Shown: positions 8,413 to 18,987 of the stretch, one piece after another
Layout of the letters: each line of letters starts with the position of its first letter
Position numbering within the stretch: position 1 is the stretch's first letter
Source of the DNA: a virus
Virus record (IMG/VR): IMGVR_UViG_3300027863_000020
Coordinates: 1 to 64,000 of that record
Direction: 5' to 3' (one strand)
DNA length: 64,000 bases
Notes under the pieces: model-generated
Told to the model about the DNA's origin: nothing
Seen by the model: the letters and a program-made list of their open reading frames with translations, nothing else
Database searches by the model: none
Made by a program: the position numbers and the translations under genes

Positions 8413-11049
8413 CTAAAAAACAACAAACTTTCCACTCAATCTGCTTGGCTTGGGTGCTCCCCATCCAAGAGCGGTGTAGATTCGTTTCACAACGGGCAAA
8501 AACGACTTCTCAAATTGATACTCATAATCAACCGTCAATTTGTCCGCAAGGAAATCAGGCCACTCTCCAATGAACCCGACCGTGGCAATCCCGTAAATGT
8601 TCGGGTTCTTGAGATACACATAGGTCATCTTCTCAAGGGACTTGGCGGTGATTGGGGGGATGCCTAATTGACAACGGGAAGAAAGGTAATTGAACGACAA
8701 TGCGGACTTGCACTGGATCGTGGTTCCCTTTCCAAACTTCAAGGTGATGTCGGAAGCACCATCGTATCCCTCATCCTCTTCGGCTACGAAGCTATCGGAA
8801 TACTTGTCCAGTGTCTTGACATTGGTATTCAACCCAATCTGATCCACTGGTGTCGCTAGGTACTTCTTCTTCAAGTGCCATAGCTTCTCATTGATCTTAT
8901 GCTCGTTCTTGATTTCGAGAATGTCCCACACCAATTGTTCCATATTGGCACGGACGAAATCGGACGCATCGGAGCGTCTGATTTCCAGACCAGAAACGCT
9001 CATCTTCGGCTTGTCGTATTTCTTGCCTTCATTCTCAAGAACGATTGTGATGTACTTCTTCTTCGCAGTGACCAATTGACGGGTGATGATCTTCTCTCGC
9101 TTGAAATTGAGAATGTTCTTCGTGTGCCACTGGTCTGCCCAATCATTGATTACCCCATTGAAGTATGGAGCAAAGAACTTGGTATCGAACTCTCTTGCGA
9201 ACTCAAGGAAGGTATCGTTGTTCTTCTCGATTCCCTGTATTGATTCCCATAGTTCGGCAATCGTGATATAGGTAGAATCGGTATCGGTCACTACAACGGT
9301 GTCGTTCATGCAACCAAGGAACTGGTCGTACTTGTACTTGGGGACTACCTGTTCCAACTCGAACGGGGTGATTTCACGCATCTTCTGATTGACACGATCA
9401 CCGCAATACATAATCACGGATCGTCCACCCGCTGTAATCACCGAAGCATTGTCATTATCGTAGAAGCAGAAGTTCTCATTTCCCATCACACCATAGAACG
9501 AATTGATGAGAATTTTACGGATCAATTGTTGGTTGTTGGCATAGACGGCATCTTCGTGGTCTTCTCCCAATGTCTTGGCAAGACGCTTGAATTCTTCCTT
9601 CCACATCTTACGCTCTTTGAAGATACGCTCAACGATTGACGCAACCACACCCTGTTCTCGTTTGTAATACACACCATCGACAGGGGTGAGGATCAAGTCA
9701 CGCTCAATCGCCTCTTCCTTGGTAATCCCCTTGACCTTCGTTTCTGGACTCACATTGAACAACATCACCATGAATGGGTATAGCGATTCAAAGTCATACG
9801 ACAGAAGCCACGAATGAAGACCGGGATTGGCGAAGACATAACCACCAACCAGTTCGTCATCTTCAACATCATCACGCTCAATGTCGGGTAATGCCAATCC
9901 ACGCTGATTGAGTTCCCGATGGATAATACCAGTGATGAGCAACATCACCATTTGGATGTCTTCGAGAGGGGTCAATGCCATAGCGCAGAAATTGACCGCC
10001 AATTTCAGGAAGCCCAATTTCTGCTCAAGCTCTTCCACTAGGTCGGTATCAATCACATTGTATGCACAAAACCGATCCCATGAATTCCGTTGGAACTCTG
10101 CCATCGAGCCGTGGTACTTCATCTTACCATGACCAAGATGCTTTTGTGCAATGTCTTCCAACTTATAGCTCGACTGCATTTCATAGGTGAAACGCTTGTA
10201 CAAGGGCAAATAGTCAATGACGGAAAGACCGGGTATTCTCCACTTGGACTTCTTCTTGGCTCCACGATATTCGGCAACGCCCATCTTGGTAATCGGGGCG
10301 TAGTATTTCTTGGTGCGTCCCCATTCTTCATAGACATCATCGTTGTCAATCAGTTCACCGACCGCATTCTTGGTCTGATTGAGGATGCGCCAACGATTGA
10401 AGATGTATGGAAGATCGAACTCTTCAATGAACCATCCAGTCAGAATGTCAATTTGGAAGCGTTCGATAAATTCAAAAAACCTCTGCAACAATTCGTATTC
10501 ACCAGAACATTCTTTGACCACCAAACGATCACGGATTCCATCGAATTCCGAAATTGATGTATCCACTGGCCTAGTAGTGAGCATGAAAGTCGGCTTCATG
10601 TGCGAAGCCTTGATGGTGATTAGAAGGATTGGCTTCTTTGCTGTTTCTGGTTCTGGGAATTCGATGTCATCGGTTTCCGTCTCAATATCCAGATAACAGG
10701 TGCGGAAAGTTTCTGCAAATTTGACCTTCTTCGGATCAAGGTCTTTGAATCTCTTTTGAAGGAACTTCCGCTCTGGTGCTATTCCTAGCTCCTTTACACT
10801 GTACCCTTCAGCATGGTACTTATTACGAAGCTCATACGACTTCTCCCCACGCTTCATAACGGATCGGTATAGGCTATGACCTTCAATCGTCTTGAGGTCG
10901 CAATTGGCCTGATCGGGAGAGCAGACTAGATAGTAGTCATGCTCATGGTCAAGGACTTGATATTTCCTCTCTAGGGTGTCGCCTTCTTGTTCAACATACC
11001 ACAAATGGATTTTATTCTTTCGCCTGTCATAGAATACATCACGAAACAA
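8413..11049 (-). CDS. gp43: family B DNA polymerase (T4 gp43-like)
   Basis: Exonuclease motifs LDIET, GWF..FDLPY, YNVID; polymerase motifs SYDFESLYP, KILINSFYG, TDTDS, KKKY; TTG start. Confidence 0.95.
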   Translation of the reverse strand: MFRDVFYDRRKNKIHLWYVEQEGDTLERKYQVLDHEHDYYLVCSPDQANCDLKTIEGHSLYRSVMKRGEKSYELRNKYHAEGYSVKELGIAPERKFLQKRFKDLDPKKVKFAETFRTCYLDIETETDDIEFPEPETAKKPILLITIKASHMKPTFMLTTRPVDTSISEFDGIRDRLVVKECSGEYELLQRFFEFIERFQIDILTGWFIEEFDLPYIFNRWRILNQTKNAVGELIDNDDVYEEWGRTKKYYAPITKMGVAEYRGAKKKSKWRIPGLSVIDYLPLYKRFTYEMQSSYKLEDIAQKHLGHGKMKYHGSMAEFQRNSWDRFCAYNVIDTDLVEELEQKLGFLKLAVNFCAMALTPLEDIQMVMLLITGIIHRELNQRGLALPDIERDDVEDDELVGGYVFANPGLHSWLLSYDFESLYPFMVMLFNVSPETKVKGITKEEAIERDLILTPVDGVYYKREQGVVASIVERIFKERKMWKEEFKRLAKTLGEDHEDAVYANNQQLIRKILINSFYGVMGNENFCFYDNDNASVITAGGRSVIMYCGDRVNQKMREITPFELEQVVPKYKYDQFLGCMNDTVVVTDTDSTYITIAELWESIQGIEKNNDTFLEFAREFDTKFFAPYFNGVINDWADQWHTKNILNFKREKIITRQLVTAKKKYITIVLENEGKKYDKPKMSVSGLEIRRSDASDFVRANMEQLVWDILEIKNEHKINEKLWHLKKKYLATPVDQIGLNTNVKTLDKYSDSFVAEEDEGYDGASDITLKFGKGTTIQCKSALSFNYLSSRCQLGIPPITAKSLEKMTYVYLKNPNIYGIATVGFIGEWPDFLADKLTVDYEYQFEKSFLPVVKRIYTALGWGAPKPSRLSGKFVVF

Positions 11050-11081
11050 AGGATACCTCGAATTTGACGCTCAAATCGTAT

Positions 11082-12218
11082 TTATGCTAGTTCCGATGAA
11101 CTGGCTTCGGAATACAATTTGGACATTTCGGCCTGAAGCGTCAATGATGTTTCCTCTGGGAGATTCAGAGTATCCATGTATTCATAGATCAAATCCAATG
11201 CGGTCTTGGGAGCCTCTTCTTCGCCCGTTTCCTTGGCCTGTGAGGTCTTTTTCATGGAAGATGGGGCATTGACCTCTACTCCGATCAATTTGGCTTCAGA
11301 ACGGTACGGATCAAGGGAATTGACGGTATCAATGAACTTACCGAATGCCTTGGATGAGAAGTCTTCGGTCTTGACCTCAATTTCCACAATGTTTCCACGG
11401 ACTATCAATTCAAGCTCTTCGGAAGTACCACCGAACGGATAGGATACCGTCACGAACTTGGTAATCGTCTTGGATGGAATGAACTCATCCTCAAGGGTCT
11501 CGGTGTTATGAATCCACCAACCCTTGATTTCCCCCGCATCAATCCGTGTGTACTGGAAAGGTGCGCCAAGATACTGGAAGGATGCTCCATTGATCTCTCG
11601 TTGGCTCTGGGTGTGATAATGACCAGAATACCACTTCTTGACATTGGATGCAGATTGAGCGAATTGGAACGCATCGTCACCATGACGGGCGGGATACAAG
11701 CGATTGAAAGAGAATCCAGAGAACTCGAAGTGTCCCAATACAACATCGGGATTGATCGCCCCGATGGTAGCCAAGTCGGTTTCTTTCTCGGATGGAATGA
11801 GCCACGGAACGATTGCGTATGTGGCCTTGCCCATATTGACCGATTGAATCTTCTCCACCACAACAACATTGGCAAGATCACGGAAGACATGAAGGCTATG
11901 CACTTCACGGCTGTCACGATAATACAGGTCATGGTTTCCAAGAGAAATCACAACACGAATGTTCTTAAAGTCATGCTTGAACATATCGTACACACGCTGA
12001 ATGACCAGTTTGTTGGTGTGCTCTTTGTTGTGGAATAGGTCTCCCAAGATGCAGAGAACCTTGATACCATATTCGTTCAATTGAGGCAATAGCTCATTGA
12101 CGAACCAATTGATCTGCATATCAAGGAATCGTGGATTGTTCTGGTGTTCCCCGAAGTGAACATCCGAAACCATGCCGATCATTTTAGCACCAACGCTCTC
12201 TTCTCTCATATCAATCAC
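11082..12218 (-). CDS. gp47: recombination nuclease subunit Mre11/SbcD (T4 gp47-like)
   Basis: Metallophosphoesterase motifs SDVHFG, LGDLFH, GNHD, GHFE, SGHYH. Confidence 0.92.
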   Translation of the reverse strand: MIDMREESVGAKMIGMVSDVHFGEHQNNPRFLDMQINWFVNELLPQLNEYGIKVLCILGDLFHNKEHTNKLVIQRVYDMFKHDFKNIRVVISLGNHDLYYRDSREVHSLHVFRDLANVVVVEKIQSVNMGKATYAIVPWLIPSEKETDLATIGAINPDVVLGHFEFSGFSFNRLYPARHGDDAFQFAQSASNVKKWYSGHYHTQSQREINGASFQYLGAPFQYTRIDAGEIKGWWIHNTETLEDEFIPSKTITKFVTVSYPFGGTSEELELIVRGNIVEIEVKTEDFSSKAFGKFIDTVNSLDPYRSEAKLIGVEVNAPSSMKKTSQAKETGEEEAPKTALDLIYEYMDTLNLPEETSLTLQAEMSKLYSEASSSELA

Positions 12219-12585
12219 CTTCCGTTAAAAAGTTTTCCATCACATCCATAGGAACGCTCTGGTTTTTGTTCCTGTAATACACTCGCAATTGTGCGATAAA
12301 TGCGTTCTTCGATACCGAAGTAAAGTATGCGAAATAGTTGGTCCCCTTGTTTCGGTCGAACCCATCCAGTTTTACCCAAATAGCAGAAATACCCTCTGCA
12401 ACCAAATCGGACTTGAAGTAATCGGGATACCCGTTGAAGAACGGGTGTCTTACGAAGTTCGTCACCATAGCAACGATCATCCGTGCCATCTCTTGTTCAA
12501 TCTTTTGTCTCTTGTCGGACTCCGAAATACTATTGAGTCGTTCAACAAAGAGGGCATCGAATTTAGCATTGCTAAAGTATGACAT
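12211..12585 (-). CDS. gp55: late-transcription sigma factor (T4 gp55-like), minimal 124 aa
   Basis: HPFFNGY...DLVAEGI...FDRNKGTNYFAYFTSVSKNAF; located between gp46 and gp47. Confidence 0.9.
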   Translation of the reverse strand: MSYFSNAKFDALFVERLNSISESDKRQKIEQEMARMIVAMVTNFVRHPFFNGYPDYFKSDLVAEGISAIWVKLDGFDRNKGTNYFAYFTSVSKNAFIAQLRVYYRNKNQSVPMDVMENFLTEGD

Positions 12586-12591
12586 TGACTA

Positions 12592-14964
12592 TTATTCCTT
12601 TATCGCCACATCGGAAAATCCTTCTTCATTCTTTGATACCCACCAAAGACGATTAAATGACTCGCTCTTGGCCTTGTGAGAAACGACAACGATACCAGTA
12701 TCCTTGCGTTCGGAATAATTGAGCAGAATGTCAATCAAACTTTCCATTCCAGTCGCATCCATTCCATCATCCAAAAATTCATCAAAGAACATTTGGTCAC
12801 AATGCCATCCCATGCGTTCGCTCACAATATCAATGAACGAAAGCAGAATTGCGGTCGTTATCCTCCGTCTTTCGCCCTTGGAGTGTTGGCGATACTTGAC
12901 CTCCTTCGGTGAAGAAAGATTGAGGATGGTCATGTTCAACTGATCGTCAAACTCGATATGCACGGGGAGAGAGAACCACTTGAGAAGGTCTGCAACCTTC
13001 TTGTTGAGAACGGGTACGAAAGACTTGATGAAGAATGGCTTGACTCCCTTGTCTCCAAGGACTTCACACCCTAATTCAAAGATTGACAACTCTTTCTGGG
13101 TAGATAGAAGTTGTGCCTCGTACTCATCCCTCACCTTACGGGCATTGGTCAATTCAACTTCAACCTTGTCAATCGGGGAGCGGTCAATTGTCCGTCCCTG
13201 CATTTCAAATATAGCTCCATCCATAGACAAGATCAACGCATCATTGTTTTTCTTGGTCTGTTCGATGGTCTGGTTCGCCAACCCTAGCTTGGTCTCAAGG
13301 GAAGATATGATCGCACCGTACTCGTTCTTGGCATTGTCACGAATCTGGGATGCTTCCCGTTCGGCCTTCGCCATGAGCGAATCAATTTCCATCCTGATCT
13401 TATCAAGATCGACAATCTGCCTTGTGTATGATGCGATTGTCTGGTCTGCCTCCAACTTGGCGACACGAATCTTCTCATCAAGCATCGACTGTTTCGGAGC
13501 CTGATTGATATGAACGGACAATTCCTTCTCATGGGTAGCCAACACACGGGCAAGTTCTTTCTGCTCAATCTCCCGAATAGAAATCTCTTGCTCAATTTCG
13601 GTCGCAGTCTTCAAAGACGCTTCGATGAGTTGCTTTTCGGATTCGAGAGTACCGTGTTCGGTCTGCAACTCCCGTCCCTTGTTATTGATCTTCTCAATCT
13701 CCATAGCACGGTGCTCTTCGGTGATTTCCGATTTGCAATACACGCACTTGGAGTTTTCCTTGAGGAATGCTTTGTCGGCAATGAGAATATCACGCTCTTT
13801 CAGAAGTTGGGTCTGTCTGGTCTGGACTTCTGCCAAACGCTTGACACCACCATGTTCCATGCGGGTATCGACCAACTTCTTCTTGAGACTAGCCAATTCA
13901 CTGGTAAGCACATCATCACGATTGCGCCTGATCGCAAGATTGGCGGTGAGTGCTTCTGTCTTCTCCGAATGAGCCTTGAGCAATTCATTGAAGTCCGTTT
14001 CGATCTTGGACAAAATGGACGGCAACTTCTGATTGACGGCCTCAATCTGGGTAGAAATGTTTTCGTTGAGTGCTATGGAAGAAGTCAATCGCTCTTCAAT
14101 CACCGCCTTTTCGGACTTTGCGACTTCGATGATGTTGGAAGCCTTCTTTTCCTGAAGCTCGATGTATTCATTTTCACGCTTCTTGGCTTCATCAAGACGG
14201 GACTGGATATTGTCCCTGTCCGTGACCAACAAATACATGTCCTTGTCGTTGAAAATGATCTTCTGATCCCGTTTCCCAATTTCCTTGACAATGTTCGCTT
14301 CGTGCTCTTGAACCGCTGTGTTGTATCGGGCGGTTTCTTCGTCCAGTTTCTTTTCCAAGAACTCCACGGTCGGAATTGAGCGGTCGTATGCCGACTTCTG
14401 GATATTGAGAGTTGATTGAAGATTGGATCGTCTGTTCTTCGCCATAGCCTCCATCTTCCCGATGACTCCAAGACGGAAGTAATCTTCGATGAAGGTTCGC
14501 TTTTCAGCGGTCTTCAATTCTGGGAATGGCTTGGTATCGTCTGCTGAAATGAACAACAATCGTCTTGCGGTATCTGCGTCAATTCCAAGAAGGCGATTGA
14601 CCTCATTCTGGAATCCAATCTTACCCTCGAACCCGACCATTTCGGTCTCGTTCCCAACCGTGTCAATCTTGACCAGTTTTTCTTCGGATAGGGTTCGCCA
14701 TGCCTTGTACACCTGATTGTTCCGTGCGAACCACACGGCTACTTCTAGGCTCTTCTTTCCGTTCTGCCAAGATACCAGTTCGGTGATGGTTTCTCGCTGA
14801 AAGGGCTGTCCGTATAGGGCAAAGAACAGGCATTCGAGAAGGGTGGACTTACCCGCTCCATTGACACCGCTGATCTGCGTCAATCCAACACCGAATGGAA
14901 TTTCACGCCACTGATTCCCGAAAGAACCCACACCACGGAAGCCAAATTTGATAAAACGGATCAT
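12592..14964 (-). CDS. gp46: recombination ATPase Rad50/SbcC (T4 gp46-like)
   Basis: Walker A GVNGAGKST, long coiled coil with Zn hook CVYC, signature SKGERRR, Walker B FFDEFLD, SH motif. Confidence 0.93.
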   Translation of the reverse strand: MIRFIKFGFRGVGSFGNQWREIPFGVGLTQISGVNGAGKSTLLECLFFALYGQPFQRETITELVSWQNGKKSLEVAVWFARNNQVYKAWRTLSEEKLVKIDTVGNETEMVGFEGKIGFQNEVNRLLGIDADTARRLLFISADDTKPFPELKTAEKRTFIEDYFRLGVIGKMEAMAKNRRSNLQSTLNIQKSAYDRSIPTVEFLEKKLDEETARYNTAVQEHEANIVKEIGKRDQKIIFNDKDMYLLVTDRDNIQSRLDEAKKRENEYIELQEKKASNIIEVAKSEKAVIEERLTSSIALNENISTQIEAVNQKLPSILSKIETDFNELLKAHSEKTEALTANLAIRRNRDDVLTSELASLKKKLVDTRMEHGGVKRLAEVQTRQTQLLKERDILIADKAFLKENSKCVYCKSEITEEHRAMEIEKINNKGRELQTEHGTLESEKQLIEASLKTATEIEQEISIREIEQKELARVLATHEKELSVHINQAPKQSMLDEKIRVAKLEADQTIASYTRQIVDLDKIRMEIDSLMAKAEREASQIRDNAKNEYGAIISSLETKLGLANQTIEQTKKNNDALILSMDGAIFEMQGRTIDRSPIDKVEVELTNARKVRDEYEAQLLSTQKELSIFELGCEVLGDKGVKPFFIKSFVPVLNKKVADLLKWFSLPVHIEFDDQLNMTILNLSSPKEVKYRQHSKGERRRITTAILLSFIDIVSERMGWHCDQMFFDEFLDDGMDATGMESLIDILLNYSERKDTGIVVVSHKAKSESFNRLWWVSKNEEGFSDVAIKE

Positions 14965-14984
14965 ATAATTCCTCTGTTATTGAA

Positions 14985-15013
14985 AATATGGATGGTTAGA
15001 CGATTCCTGTCAA
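14985..15013 (-). promoter_or_regulatory. early/middle promoter for gp46-55-47-43
   Basis: TTGACA-N17-CATATT. Confidence 0.8.
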
Positions 15014-15015
15014 TT

Positions 15016-15046
15016 AAAAAGAAGTTTGCACTTTGCAAACTTCTTT
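15016..15046 (-). terminator. intrinsic terminator
   Basis: Stem AAGAAGTTTGCA/TGCAAACTTCTT followed by a T-run on the minus strand. Confidence 0.65.
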
Positions 15047-15070
15047 CAAGAACCATCGACCCAAGGGATT

Positions 15071-15316
15071 TCAAAATCTTATGGTACTTCCCTTGAATAG
15101 TCCAGAACATACCACACCTTCCACCGCTTGTCCATTTTGCCCAATGGCGATGAATCCAGTATGGTAGAAGTCATCTTCAGCACATCCACCAATGGAATAC
15201 CCTGTAATCTGGATGTGCGTGAATCCAGACGCTTCGAGAACCCGCTTCGCTTCGTCTGGATTGGTACACGAAACGAACAAAAGGGTTAGCAACACGAACA
15301 GTATGATTTTCTTCAT
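15071..15316 (-). CDS. small lipoprotein
   Basis: Signal peptide II MKKIILFVLLTLLFVSC lipobox. Confidence 0.7.
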   Translation of the reverse strand: MKKIILFVLLTLLFVSCTNPDEAKRVLEASGFTHIQITGYSIGGCAEDDFYHTGFIAIGQNGQAVEGVVCSGLFKGSTIRF

Positions 15317-15657
15317 TGACGCACCTTCTTCAGAGCATCGTCCAACATTTCCTCGAAATATGTTCCACCATTGTAGAACTGAAGAACGAAGTCGATAGTA
15401 CCATCTTCATTCTTGGAAGCATGGCAAATATCCCCTTCATCGTGTTCCGTCTTGTTGATGATCGAATAGATGGTATCCCCGATCATCAATGCTTCGTCAT
15501 TGAACAACTCTCCGAATTCATAGGGGTCGGGAGTGGTATCAAACCCGATCTTTCTTCCGATTGAATCGGCAAAGCGGATGATGTATTGATCCTTCGTTTC
15601 CCCGTCAATCATAGGAAACGGCTTGATCTTGCCTGTAATCGTTTCTGTTCTCGACAT
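15313..15657 (-). CDS. hypothetical protein
   Basis: 114-aa ORF with GGAGGA RBS, overlapping the next gene by 4 nt. Confidence 0.65.
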   Translation of the reverse strand: MSRTETITGKIKPFPMIDGETKDQYIIRFADSIGRKIGFDTTPDPYEFGELFNDEALMIGDTIYSIINKTEHDEGDICHASKNEDGTIDFVLQFYNGGTYFEEMLDDALKKVRQ

Positions 15658-15671
15658 TGAATTATCCTCCG

Positions 15672-17636
15672 TTAAATGTCTTCTGCACGATCATATGATC
15701 CAATGATCGTATCCCTGATTGGCTCTTCAAACCTGATAAAGATTTTCCCATCGGGAACCAATACCGTCAATGAGTCCTTGGCACGGGTCACTGCTGTATA
15801 GACAAGCTCCCTGCTCTCGATTGAATTGGTATGGATGTACACCACATTCTTCATCTCGGAGCCTTGTGCCTTATGGACGCTAGTAGCATATGCCAATCGA
15901 ATACTGGAATAATTGCGCTTGACCTCAAGCTCATCTTCTCCACCGACAACCGAAATGTAAACAACGGGATCGCCTTCGGTATTTTGACCAAACCGTTTGA
16001 TGTACCCGATTGATCCATTGACCACTTCGAGCTTTCGGTCATTCTTCGTGAAGACAACCTTCGCACCCGCAAATTTCCAGTCGGGTGTCTTGGTGGCTCC
16101 CTTCTTCAGAGGATCGCCAAGATCAACCTTGTCCCCACGGACTTCCCCATTGTCAATGAGAAGATTGTAGATGTACGCATTGACGAAATCGACCGTGGCG
16201 TTCCGATGGGCTATGATGGTCGTATGCCTGTACCAATGAGGCTCTTTGTCGAACATGAAGTCAATCAGGTCGGTGATGGTCTTCGCAAGACCCTTGGGCT
16301 TGGTATCGACACAGAACTTCATCGCTTGTTGCCCAACCGCAAGCCCTTCACGAATCTGATTGAAGGTGAGAAGCAAATCAGGATCGCTAGTGCGCTTCAC
16401 TTCGGTCAATCGGAACACGGGGCATTTGTTCTTGCGAATGATGTCATTGAAGATTGCACCCGCACCCACTGGTGGCAATTGAGAGAAGTCGCCAACCAGA
16501 ATGAATCGCAAGTTGGTCAAGGCATCGTTTCGCATTTCATTCAGAACTTTGAGCAACTTACCCATCGTTTCGGAATCGACCATTGATGCTTCGTCAATCA
16601 CGATCAAGTTAGGACATGGAGAAGTTTCACGGATTCGCTTGTTGTGGATGTAGTAGTGGATCGTGGATGGAGCACATACCAACCGTGGGTGGATGTCCGT
16701 GGTCTCATCGCTAATCCGCTTGGAAGCCGCGCCCGTAGGTGCAAAGATCGCAACTCTGTTCTCCCGCCCAATGCACCGTATGATCTGTTTCACAGTAGTT
16801 GTCTTACCAGTACCACCCGCACCAGTGATGACCACCACACGCTCTCTGGACTCAAGGACACCACGGATTGCGTTCTTCTGCCCTTCGGTGTACCACCCAA
16901 GCTCACTCTCATCGCATAGGCCAAGGGGAACCATCGAAGGATCATTGACCATCTCAAGAATGGTCTTTTCGGCAAACAGGATCGTCTCGGAAGTGAAGTA
17001 CCGTGGAAGCCCGTCTTCTCCACGGATCACACCAAGCTCATGCTTGATGAACTTGAGGGACTGCATCAAAGTGGTGTCCAATTGAAGGGACTCGAAGTAC
17101 CATTCAAGAACAGACCTGTCAATCAGGGTATTACCCGTGGATTGGTATGATTCGTCTCCACCCAATCCTTCCTTGATTACATTCTCAAGGATGAGAAGAC
17201 CCGCTAGGATGTTCGGTGGAATCGGCTTTCCCGTTGCCGTGAAATAGAGCAGACACGCTCTTGTGACACCGAACCCATCGACTTCCCGAATGTAGGTCAC
17301 GATGTCATCCCAATCGGGCGTGTTGGGATCGTCTGGTCTCTTCTTTGCCAGTTTGATTTGGTCAATGATTTCATCGAAGAAGACTTCAGTGATGGTGGAT
17401 AGCTTGCCAAAGCCAAGTGCTTCCAAGTCTCCCCGCTGATAGCTCTTTCCAATGCGGATTGCGGAAGTGCTCATGCACCAGTCGGCAAGACCGATCACTC
17501 TGGAAGTCCCATCCACGGGAGCCAGTTTGTCGGCACGGTTCCGTTCGTATCGGAAACCGTTGGAGTTTTCTTCCTTCTTCTTGGAGATAGCTTCGGTCGA
17601 TGGTAGGTCGTTCTGGAACCAGTCGAAATCGCTCAT
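15672..17636 (-). CDS. RecD2/Dda-like SF1B helicase
   Basis: GAGGTGKT, APTGAAS, STIH, IDEASM, VGDFSQLPPV, VNGSIG, AYATSVHKAQGSE, VYTAVTRA. Confidence 0.9.
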   Translation of the reverse strand: MSDFDWFQNDLPSTEAISKKKEENSNGFRYERNRADKLAPVDGTSRVIGLADWCMSTSAIRIGKSYQRGDLEALGFGKLSTITEVFFDEIIDQIKLAKKRPDDPNTPDWDDIVTYIREVDGFGVTRACLLYFTATGKPIPPNILAGLLILENVIKEGLGGDESYQSTGNTLIDRSVLEWYFESLQLDTTLMQSLKFIKHELGVIRGEDGLPRYFTSETILFAEKTILEMVNDPSMVPLGLCDESELGWYTEGQKNAIRGVLESRERVVVITGAGGTGKTTTVKQIIRCIGRENRVAIFAPTGAASKRISDETTDIHPRLVCAPSTIHYYIHNKRIRETSPCPNLIVIDEASMVDSETMGKLLKVLNEMRNDALTNLRFILVGDFSQLPPVGAGAIFNDIIRKNKCPVFRLTEVKRTSDPDLLLTFNQIREGLAVGQQAMKFCVDTKPKGLAKTITDLIDFMFDKEPHWYRHTTIIAHRNATVDFVNAYIYNLLIDNGEVRGDKVDLGDPLKKGATKTPDWKFAGAKVVFTKNDRKLEVVNGSIGYIKRFGQNTEGDPVVYISVVGGEDELEVKRNYSSIRLAYATSVHKAQGSEMKNVVYIHTNSIESRELVYTAVTRAKDSLTVLVPDGKIFIRFEEPIRDTIIGSYDRAEDI

Positions 17637-17664
17637 TTCAATCCTTCGTATAGGGTACTTTGTA

Positions 17665-17693
17665 AATATGGTCTATTCAGCAAAAGCCGTCAA
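17665..17693 (-). promoter_or_regulatory. early/middle promoter for RecD-like helicase
   Basis: TTGACG-N17-CATATT. Confidence 0.75.
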
Positions 17694-17849
17694 TTTAGAC
17701 TTTCGAGCTTCTTGCTTCCTCTTCTGCTCTTCCACCCACTCAAACATATCATCACACGGATCGCCATTCGGAGCACCGTCTTCGTCCCATCCAGAACACG
17801 CACTGCATTGGGCAACGAAATGGCAATATATGGATGGTAGGTCGTTCAC
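17673..17849 (-). CDS. small Cys-rich hypothetical protein (58 aa, not in ORF track)
   Basis: Manual translation from GTG: MNDLPSIYCHFVAQCSACSGWDEDGAPNGDPCDDMFEW...; 4-nt overlap with upstream stop. Confidence 0.5.
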   Translation of the reverse strand: MNDLPSIYCHFVAQCSACSGWDEDGAPNGDPCDDMFEWVEEQKRKQEARKSKLTAFAE

Positions 17850-18061
17850 TCCAATTCCTCAATGAGTCGTTCTACTCCGATGTAGTTCTCCGCATCGTCT
17901 GGATAGAGGTGCTTGATCTGGTTCCATCCTTCGATTGCCAATTCACGGGTCTTGAAAAAGAACCTGTCCGTGTTGTGCGAAGGAGTGATTCCATCATACC
18001 ACACAACGGATAGGCAAATGATATTGACGGATTTCTTGATTTTCAATTGTGTATTGTTCAT
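17846..18061 (-). CDS. hypothetical protein
   Basis: 71-aa ORF in a translationally coupled run. Confidence 0.55.
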   Translation of the reverse strand: MNNTQLKIKKSVNIICLSVVWYDGITPSHNTDRFFFKTRELAIEGWNQIKHLYPDDAENYIGVERLIEELE

Positions 18062-18393
18062 TCGCCTACCATCATCTTCACCAACCGATACGACTTGTCA
18101 GTTGGCATCGTGTTAATAAGACTCAAGAACTCCATCGCCAATTCGTAGGCGATTTCTGATTCATAGTGTCCATCGGACATACAATCACGGATTTCTTCCT
18201 TGTCGTTCGTGTCAATTCCGATCACATTCTCCCAATAACGCAATTGACGCTTCGATGGTCTGATCCCCGATTTCCAGAACTTGATAATCATGGAATCGTT
18301 CGCACCATTGCCGACCGAAACACACACTTCGGTTCCATAATACTTCCCATTCAATTGGAGAAGTTCTGCGAACAGTCTTGGCGTTTGGCTCAT
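18058..18393 (-). CDS. hypothetical protein
   Basis: 111-aa ORF, GGAGG RBS, coupled to neighbours. Confidence 0.6.
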   Translation of the reverse strand: MSQTPRLFAELLQLNGKYYGTEVCVSVGNGANDSMIIKFWKSGIRPSKRQLRYWENVIGIDTNDKEEIRDCMSDGHYESEIAYELAMEFLSLINTMPTDKSYRLVKMMVGE

Positions 18394-18896
18394 CGTACCA
18401 CCTCCGAATTGATTGATCCATCCGCTTGGACGGCTATATTGACGGTTGAATGGATATGCCCAAGGATATTCCGTCTTGGCTCAACATACTTGAACCACGG
18501 ATTTGCCAATTCACGAAGTTCGTTCCATCTTTTATCGAATACAGAACAGGCTCTCCGTGTGTCAATGAGGATCAAATAATTCGGATCACCCCATCTATCC
18601 CCGACCGACCCAATGTGCTTGAAACAAGTATTCAACCGCTCATAGTCTTTATCGAATGGTTCGGAAACCTTCCAAAGATCCCGCATCTCATCGGATTCTT
18701 CGATCTTCCGATCCTTCCAATAGAAGCCATAATTGATGCCCCGCTTCTTGGCATCTTCAATCAGGATGCGTTCGTGTTCGGGGAGTTCGGGTGTTTTACC
18801 AAATGAGCCGAACTTGATTGAGAGTTCATGCACAATGCGTTCTGCTTCAAGCTCACGCTCTCCCTTGAACCCTGCCTTCAGATAAGGACTTTCCAT
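18390..18896 (-). CDS. hypothetical protein
   Basis: ORF with probable start MESPYL after a GAGG RBS and a TTGACG-N17-TACTTT promoter. Confidence 0.6.
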   Translation of the reverse strand: MESPYLKAGFKGERELEAERIVHELSIKFGSFGKTPELPEHERILIEDAKKRGINYGFYWKDRKIEESDEMRDLWKVSEPFDKDYERLNTCFKHIGSVGDRWGDPNYLILIDTRRACSVFDKRWNELRELANPWFKYVEPRRNILGHIHSTVNIAVQADGSINSEVVR

Positions 18897-18987
18897 TTCA
18901 ACCTCTCGTATAATGTCCCTGTATCTTGTAAAGTACAAAAAGAAAACAGGATCGTCAAGACCCTGTTTTCATTATTTTCAAATTGAA

